Source: an uncultured delta proteobacterium (GTDB taxonomy: Bacteria; Myxococcota_A; Polyangia; Polyangiales; Polyangiaceae). Taken from it: a stretch of DNA of 64,000 bases. Below the pieces are notes generated by a model. The model was given only the letters and a program-made list of their open reading frames with translations. It did not search any database and was not told where the DNA came from. Numbering within the stretch: the stretch's first letter is position 1; each line of letters opens with the position of its first letter. Shown here in pieces: positions 58,893-64,000 of this stretch. Where the stretch lies: positions 224,001-288,000 of the forward strand of contig CAWJCS010000001.1 of assembly GCA_963841435.1 (NCBI GenBank), read 5' to 3'. Made by a program: the position numbers and the translations under genes.

Positions 58893-58981
58893 TCATGATG
58901 GGGCGGGCGGTCGCCGAAGTCGAGCCGCTCGCGGAGGTGGCGCCTGGCATCGCGCCTGTCCTCCTTTGCCGCGCGGTACCC

Positions 58982-59326
58982 CTAGTCGGGCGGGGCCGCG
59001 ATACCGAAGCAAGCCTCCAAGCATGAGCGAAGCTCGGGGGCTCCGGGCGGCACCTCCGGGTCCGCGGAGCTGATCAGCACGTAATAGACCGCGGCACAGC
59101 TCGCCTTCGACAGGCACCGGCCCTGGCACTGGTCCAGATCGGTGCAGTCCTCGCTGATGTGAACGGGCAACTGAAGAAACCCGTGCGCCCGGATCCCTTC
59201 GCTGAGCCCTTCGTGGCACTCGTCGAGCTTCGCTTGGCCGCCGTCGCACTTCGACTTGCTATCGCCACCGCAACCGGCCAAGAGGGTGGCGGCTACGAGG
59301 ACGGGAGCAAGCCGAAACGGTCGCAT
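58982..59326 (-). CDS. Small Cys-rich lipoprotein
   Basis: LAGC lipobox; multiple CxxxC. Confidence 0.7.
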   Translation of the reverse strand: MRPFRLAPVLVAATLLAGCGGDSKSKCDGGQAKLDECHEGLSEGIRAHGFLQLPVHISEDCTDLDQCQGRCLSKASCAAVYYVLISSADPEVPPGAPELRSCLEACFGIAAPPD

Positions 59327-59448
59327 CGAGCTGAGGGTAACCTACCTTCCGGGCCACCCGGAGTGGGGGAACCGCCTGTGCTCGAGCTCGGCTTGCGCCC
59401 GCGTGTTCCCCTGCTGGGCTCGAGCGAGCCATGCTGGCCGTCGCTGCC

Positions 59449-60153
59449 ATGCCGAAGAAGCTCGACATCTATGCGGGAAAGAGCCCACGTGAGCTGCCAC
59501 TCTACTCCGTTCACGAGGCGGCGCGCATCGTGCGCGTGCGACCAACCACGGTTCGTGCTTGGGCGCTCGGCCGCACCTACCCGACAAGCCAGGGCGACAG
59601 GGCCTGGCCCCCGCTCATCCACGCCGCAGATCCCAAGGGTCGCAGGCTGTCTTTCGCGAACCTGGTCGAGCTTCACGTGCTGCGCTCGCTGCGCGACAAG
59701 CGCGTGCGCGTCGAGAGCATCCGGAGCGCCTCGCGGTTCATCAAGAATGCGCTCAGGGCCGAGCACCCGCTCGCGGACGTGGACGCCCACACCGACTGCG
59801 TCGATGTCTACGTGGAGTACCTGGGCCGGCTGATCAATGCGTCCACGTCCAACCTTGCGCTCCGCCCGGTCGTCGAAAAGTATCTCGAACGCATCGATCG
59901 CGACGAGCAGGGGCTTGCCAGTCGGCTGTTTCCCATCACCCGTGATGACGCCACCAACACCCGTGCCGTCGTCATCGACCCGGCGCGGCGCTTCGGCAGG
60001 CCCATCCTCGCGAACGCGAACATCGAGACATCCGTCATTGCGGATCGCTTCTTCGCAGGCGAGGTGCCAGAGTCCCTCGCTGCTGACTTCGACATCTCCG
60101 AGAGCGACGTGCACGAAGCCGTGAGGTTCGAGCATCAACTGCGCGCTGCCTGA
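59449..60153 (+). CDS. DUF433-domain antitoxin (VapB45-like)
   Basis: PLYSVHEAARIV..PTTVRAW, LSFANLVELHVL, VVIDP.RRFGRP...I.DRF.AGE....LA.DF. Confidence 0.9.
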   Translation: MPKKLDIYAGKSPRELPLYSVHEAARIVRVRPTTVRAWALGRTYPTSQGDRAWPPLIHAADPKGRRLSFANLVELHVLRSLRDKRVRVESIRSASRFIKNALRAEHPLADVDAHTDCVDVYVEYLGRLINASTSNLALRPVVEKYLERIDRDEQGLASRLFPITRDDATNTRAVVIDPARRFGRPILANANIETSVIADRFFAGEVPESLAADFDISESDVHEAVRFEHQLRAA

Positions 60154-60156
60154 GCC

Positions 60157-60578
60157 GTGACTTCCGGGCGCGTCTACTGGGTCGACCGCTCGCTCGGAAG
60201 CATCTACATCCCCAACACGCTGCGAGCCGCGGGCGTCGGCATCAAAGTCTAGGGCGACATCCATGCCGACCCGTCGGTGCCGGACCACGAGTGGATGCCG
60301 GAGGTCGCAGCCCGCGGCTGGGTGATTCTCACAAGGACAAGGCCATTCGGCGTCAACCGGTCGAAATCGCAGCGATCCGACGCGCGAGCGCATACTGCGT
60401 GTGCCTGTCCGCCAAGAACATGCGCGGTGATGAGCAGGCCGCATGCCTCATCGAAAAATGGCCGACTATCGACTCCTTGGTGGCGAGTAAGCGAGCGCCG
60501 CTGATTGTCATGGTGACCCGCACCGTCGTGCAATGGCTCGACGGTGCGCACTGGCGCTCGGCCAAACCCAGGCGATAG
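60157..60578 (+). pseudogene. PIN-domain toxin (VapC45-like), inactivated by TAG at 60250 and a frameshift near 60333
   Basis: YWVDRSLG...PDHEWM..VAARGWVILT | KDKAIRR..VE; not present in the ORF track as a single ORF. Confidence 0.85.
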
Positions 60579-60853
60579 CGGCATGGATTGGCAGGCTGTG
60601 GATAGTTTGAGCTGTCGCAACATTCCCGTCACAAACGAACCCCTTCCGCCCGCGTGTGTTTTGGAGTTACTTTCGCCGATCCATGGGATCGAAGAAGCGG
60701 GCGGCGGCGACGCGAGACGTGTCGAATACGGAGCTGGAGGGAGTGGTATGCGCCGCAGCGCGACGCGCGCTGGACACGCCGTCGGTCGGGGTTGGTCAAC
60801 GACGCGAGACAGGGCGTCCCGGGGTCGGCGTCTAGGAGGACGTGGGGGCTGCG

Positions 60854-62059
60854 ATGGCAAATCCTCTCGTTGCGAGCTCCAGCGGTGCGGCAGTGCCCGC
60901 GACGGTCGAGACCCCCGCTTCCGAAGCGCTCAAGCGATCGGAGCCGGGGCGAGTGCAGAGCGTGTTCTGCCGCGACGTCGATCTCGCGCGACGTCGCTTG
61001 CGAGTGGCCGCAGAGGAAGAGAAGTCGATCCCCACGCTCGTCGCTCTTGAATGGGAGCGCGTGCCGTCCCTGGCGCGAGAGCTCGATGAGATCCGCGATG
61101 CTCTGGCAGAGGCCGCAGGCTCCATCTGGCCAAATTGGTACATCACCGCTGAGGAGCGCTTCGAGCGAACGCGACCGCGGGAACTGGACCTTTCGCCCCT
61201 GATCGCCGAAATCGCGCAGTCGGCCGGGAAAGTGTCGACGAGCTGGCTACGCGAGGCCTGGAAGCGTTGCCGCAACGGCAACCCGCCCGTCGTTGCGCAC
61301 ATGGCTGCTGGTGAGCAGGTCCGGCAGCTGTCGCGCGCGCTCGACCCAGGCCGACTGGTGTTCGTCCTTTCCGTCCTCTCAGACGATGCGCCACCAGCTC
61401 GTCTTCGAGGGCTCGCTGGGGCGGCGGAATGGCTGGCTTACGAGGCACAAGCGCGGACGCTACTGTTGTTGCCCGGGTCCTGGCAGGGGAACCCCGAGCT
61501 CGATCGCGTCGCGTACGGCGCCGTCACCCTCGACGAGGACGAGGTCGCGACCCCGAGGGTTCCCGCAATAGAGCCGCTTGAACCGCCTGGGAACGTCAAT
61601 CCGTCGGAGGAGGCCTCGCGTGAGAGCGAGTTGACCAAGCGCGTCGGCGAGGCCCCGGTTCACGTGTTGGTTGGCCCCGTCGTCGGCAAGCCGCACCCTG
61701 GGAGTGAGGTCGAGCAACTGCTCAACAAACGACTGTCGTCAGATCACGATCTCGGCGCGCTGTTCGAGTACAACCAGCGACTGGCGGCGTTCGGCGGCAA
61801 CCAGTACATCGTCAACTTGGTTTGGAAGCAGGGCGGTCTCGTCGTCGAGCTCGACGGACCCGAGCATCACGGTCACCTGACGTACGTCAAGGATCGCGAG
61901 CGCGACTACCGCCTCTACATGAGCGGCTACACGACGCTCCGGGTGACGAACGACGAGGTGTGCATCGACGTTGAGCGCGTCGTCACCAAGATCAAGAACA
62001 TGGTGGGGCGCTTGAAAGCACACCAAAAAGGGAAGGTGAGCGATGACCTACGAACCTAG
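60854..62059 (+). CDS. Protein with C-terminal DUF559 (Vsr-like endonuclease) domain
   Basis: S.VE..L, FEYNQ, YIVNLVW...LVVELDGPEH, KDRERD..L...GY.TLR.TNDEV; SD AGGAGG. Confidence 0.85.
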   Translation: MANPLVASSSGAAVPATVETPASEALKRSEPGRVQSVFCRDVDLARRRLRVAAEEEKSIPTLVALEWERVPSLARELDEIRDALAEAAGSIWPNWYITAEERFERTRPRELDLSPLIAEIAQSAGKVSTSWLREAWKRCRNGNPPVVAHMAAGEQVRQLSRALDPGRLVFVLSVLSDDAPPARLRGLAGAAEWLAYEAQARTLLLLPGSWQGNPELDRVAYGAVTLDEDEVATPRVPAIEPLEPPGNVNPSEEASRESELTKRVGEAPVHVLVGPVVGKPHPGSEVEQLLNKRLSSDHDLGALFEYNQRLAAFGGNQYIVNLVWKQGGLVVELDGPEHHGHLTYVKDRERDYRLYMSGYTTLRVTNDEVCIDVERVVTKIKNMVGRLKAHQKGKVSDDLRT

Positions 62060-62738
62060 TCCCAAGCAGGCACTGCTTATTTGGAAGATGATCACTGGCG
62101 CGAGCCACGAGGAACGCGAGCCGCTGCAGAGCAAGACGCGACCCGAGCTGAGCGCCAAGGAACGGAAGGCTCTCGCGGACAACGGGTTCGTAACTCTGGA
62201 GCCGCCGGGCAAGAAGCAGGGCCTAAGGCTCGTTCTCACGGACAAGGCCTGGGCCTGGGCGGAAGCGGCCGGGGACGTCGACCTTTTCAAGTCCCGGTCG
62301 AGCGTGGGAGCCGAAGCACTGCAGGGATTGCTCCGTCGGCTGCTGCCGTTCCTGAGGCGTGAGGAAATTCCCCTGTCGAATCTGTTCGCGGAGGATTCCG
62401 CGCCCGCCGAGGGCAGAGAGGGCGCAACGCCCGCCGTCGAGTCAACTTCCAACGAAAACGGCTCGTCCGATTCGAAGTCATTGCCTGCCCGAATCGAAGC
62501 AGAGTGCCTGTCGCTATCGGGCGGTGCCAGACAGGAGCGCGTGCGCCTCAGCGCGCTCCGCCATCGCCTGAAGTCCGTGCAGCGCGGCGTGCTCGATGCG
62601 GCGCTGCTGAATCTTCAAGATCAGCGTCAACTCGTCCTTTACCGCGACGACAACACCGCCGCACTCACCGAAGACGATCGCGACGCAGCGCTGTTGGTCG
62701 GCGGTGAACCCCGGCACCTGGTCTATCTGGAGGCATGA
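62043..62738 (+). CDS. Hypothetical protein with two winged-helix-like regions
   Basis: Overlaps the DUF559 gene; RVRLSALRHRL..V.R..LDAALL.LQ....L.L...DN..ALT..DR.AAL.VGG..RHL. Confidence 0.75.
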   Translation: MTYEPSPKQALLIWKMITGASHEEREPLQSKTRPELSAKERKALADNGFVTLEPPGKKQGLRLVLTDKAWAWAEAAGDVDLFKSRSSVGAEALQGLLRRLLPFLRREEIPLSNLFAEDSAPAEGREGATPAVESTSNENGSSDSKSLPARIEAECLSLSGGARQERVRLSALRHRLKSVQRGVLDAALLNLQDQRQLVLYRDDNTAALTEDDRDAALLVGGEPRHLVYLEA

Positions 62739-62739
62739 C

Positions 62740-64000
62740 ATGGACCTCGCTCTCACGGCCTTGCGCAAAGTGAACTTCGATTGGGCTGCTCGGATCGACC
62801 AGATCTGGGTTGATCAGACCTACGAAACGACCCGGCTTCAGACGGACATCCGACAAGAGCTCCAGGAGCGGCTCGAAGATCTTGCCGACAGCGGGGAATC
62901 GGCGTCTCCGTTGGGGATCCCGCTCCTTGGGCCGGCAGGTTCGGGAAAGACGCACCTGCTCGGTGTCCTTCGGCGTCAAGCGCTGGCGCAACGGATGTAC
63001 TTCATCCTCGCGGACATGACGGACGTCGGGGACTTCTGGGAAACCGTCTCGCTCGGCTACCTCCGTTCGTTGCAGCAGCCGCTGTCGGCCGATCGGAGGC
63101 AGGTGGATCACTGGCTCGACAGGATGATCGCCCTGTTCGGTCAGAGCATGAAGAAGCCCGAAGATATCCCGAAGCAGCGGCCGCCGGGGCTGATCAACCG
63201 CACCGAGGAGCTGATGGCGCAGGTCCGCATCAAGCACCGCGCCGAGGTGCAGGAGCACTCGGATGTCCTGCGTGCGTTGATCCTGTTCGCTTGCGACCAC
63301 GTCGATGTCAATGATCTTGGCTACAAGTGGCTTCAGGGGCTGGTCATCGACGAAGACGAAGCCGGATTGTTTGGTTTTCGGCAACGTAGCCAGACGCCGT
63401 CGAGAATCGTGCGCGGCCTCGCTTGGCTTCTTTCGCTGACGGGGTCGAGCGTCCTCGCCCTCGATCAGCTGGACGCTATCGTAGCCGAACACGAACTGGC
63501 TCGTGGCGAGGCGGACGCCGAGTTCCCGTCGGAGCAGCAGCGCCGATCGCTCAGCATCATCCAGGGCATAGCGGGAGGGCTCCGTGAGCTTCGAGACGTA
63601 ACTCGGCGCACCCTGTCCGTCGTTTCCTCGCTCGAGGCGACCTGGGAAATTCTCGATCGTCAGGCAACGGTCAGCATGGCTGACCGCTTCGACAGCAAGC
63701 TCCTCTTGAAGCCGGGGTCGGGTCCCGAGGCTTCGCGCGAGCTCGTTGTCGGGCGCCTGCTCCCCGCGTACGAACAGCAGGGATTCAATCCGCCGTACCC
63801 GTCGTTTCCGTACGGTGATCAGTTCTTCGAGCTCTATCGGCGCAACACCCCCCGCGAGCTTCTCAAGGCCTGCGAAGCGCACAGGAAAGCCTGTCGCAAG
63901 GCAGAACGCGTTACGGAAGCAACCAGTCTCGAGCCTGGCACGCCCCCGCCCGTCCGATCGCCTGGTTGGAAGGAATCCATCGCCGCGCGTGTTGCCGAGC
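62740..64000 (+). CDS. Large P-loop (AAA+-like) ATPase, partial (runs off the window)
   Basis: Translated by eye: MDLALTALRKVNFDW...LLGPAGSGKTHLL (Walker A)...VLALDQLDAIV (Walker B)...TPRELLKAC; open to the end; absent from the ORF track because no stop. Confidence 0.88.
   Translation, partial: MDLALTALRKVNFDWAARIDQIWVDQTYETTRLQTDIRQELQERLEDLADSGESASPLGIPLLGPAGSGKTHLLGVLRRQALAQRMYFILADMTDVGDFWETVSLGYLRSLQQPLSADRRQVDHWLDRMIALFGQSMKKPEDIPKQRPPGLINRTEELMAQVRIKHRAEVQEHSDVLRALILFACDHVDVNDLGYKWLQGLVIDEDEAGLFGFRQRSQTPSRIVRGLAWLLSLTGSSVLALDQLDAIVAEHELARGEADAEFPSEQQRRSLSIIQGIAGGLRELRDVTRRTLSVVSSLEATWEILDRQATVSMADRFDSKLLLKPGSGPEASRELVVGRLLPAYEQQGFNPPYPSFPYGDQFFELYRRNTPRELLKACEAHRKACRKAERVTEATSLEPGTPPPVRSPGWKESIAARVAE

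Noticed and set aside
60250-60252. TAG read-through (pyrrolysine or recoding) in the PIN toxin
   Set aside because: A second lesion follows in the same gene and TAG is used as a normal stop elsewhere in the window
33800-60600. Integron cassette array or prophage/IS
   Set aside because: Mixed gene orientation, no attC-like repeats, and no integrase, transposase or phage genes seen
60595-60835. WYL-box-like half site TGTCGCA and a 50-aa ORF (ATG 60683) upstream of the DUF559 gene
   Set aside because: Palindrome is poor, no WYL gene is in view, and the ORF has no SD or motif
700-63882. Numerous long Arg/Ala/Pro-rich ORFs in the track (e.g. 5564..7636, 10959..13196, 14590..17133, 47660..49897, 62665..63882)
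   Set aside because: Antisense or off-frame shadows of real genes, expected at high GC; no motifs

Overview
High-GC genomic window whose gene content points to a myxobacterium, probably Polyangiaceae/Sorangiineae-like (MYXO-CTERM sorting signal, TIGR02266/PilZ-like domain, Myxococcus Cys-rich repeats, many Gly-rich-linker lipoproteins). The first ~33 kb is mostly intact housekeeping or conserved genes: roadblock protein, amt, ddl, RluA-family, ftsE-ftsX-envC, an octaheme cytochrome c, a formyltransferase, a peptidase/beta-propeller/Omp85 protein, MarR plus cytochrome c', tal, a Zn-peptidase plus ATP-grasp pair, csbD-GT4-GH130, GNAT and P450. From ~33.7 to 60.6 kb it is an accessory region of short modules, local paralogues and several broken genes. 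The window ends in a DUF433-PIN toxin-antitoxin pair with a dead toxin, followed by a tightly coupled DUF559 nuclease / winged-helix-like / large P-loop ATPase operon that runs off the edge; this operon is the best candidate for an uncharacterised defence system. Other signals: two structured intergenic RNA-like elements that share a motif, an orphan T3SS-needle-like gene, a duplicated cytochrome c lipoprotein gene bracketing 3.6 kb, a LacI/CelR-type operator, and TANNNT boxes 6-9 nt before many start codons (leaderless transcription). No rRNA, tRNA, CRISPR array, integrase or transposase was seen. All family calls are by-eye motif recognition; no searches were run.
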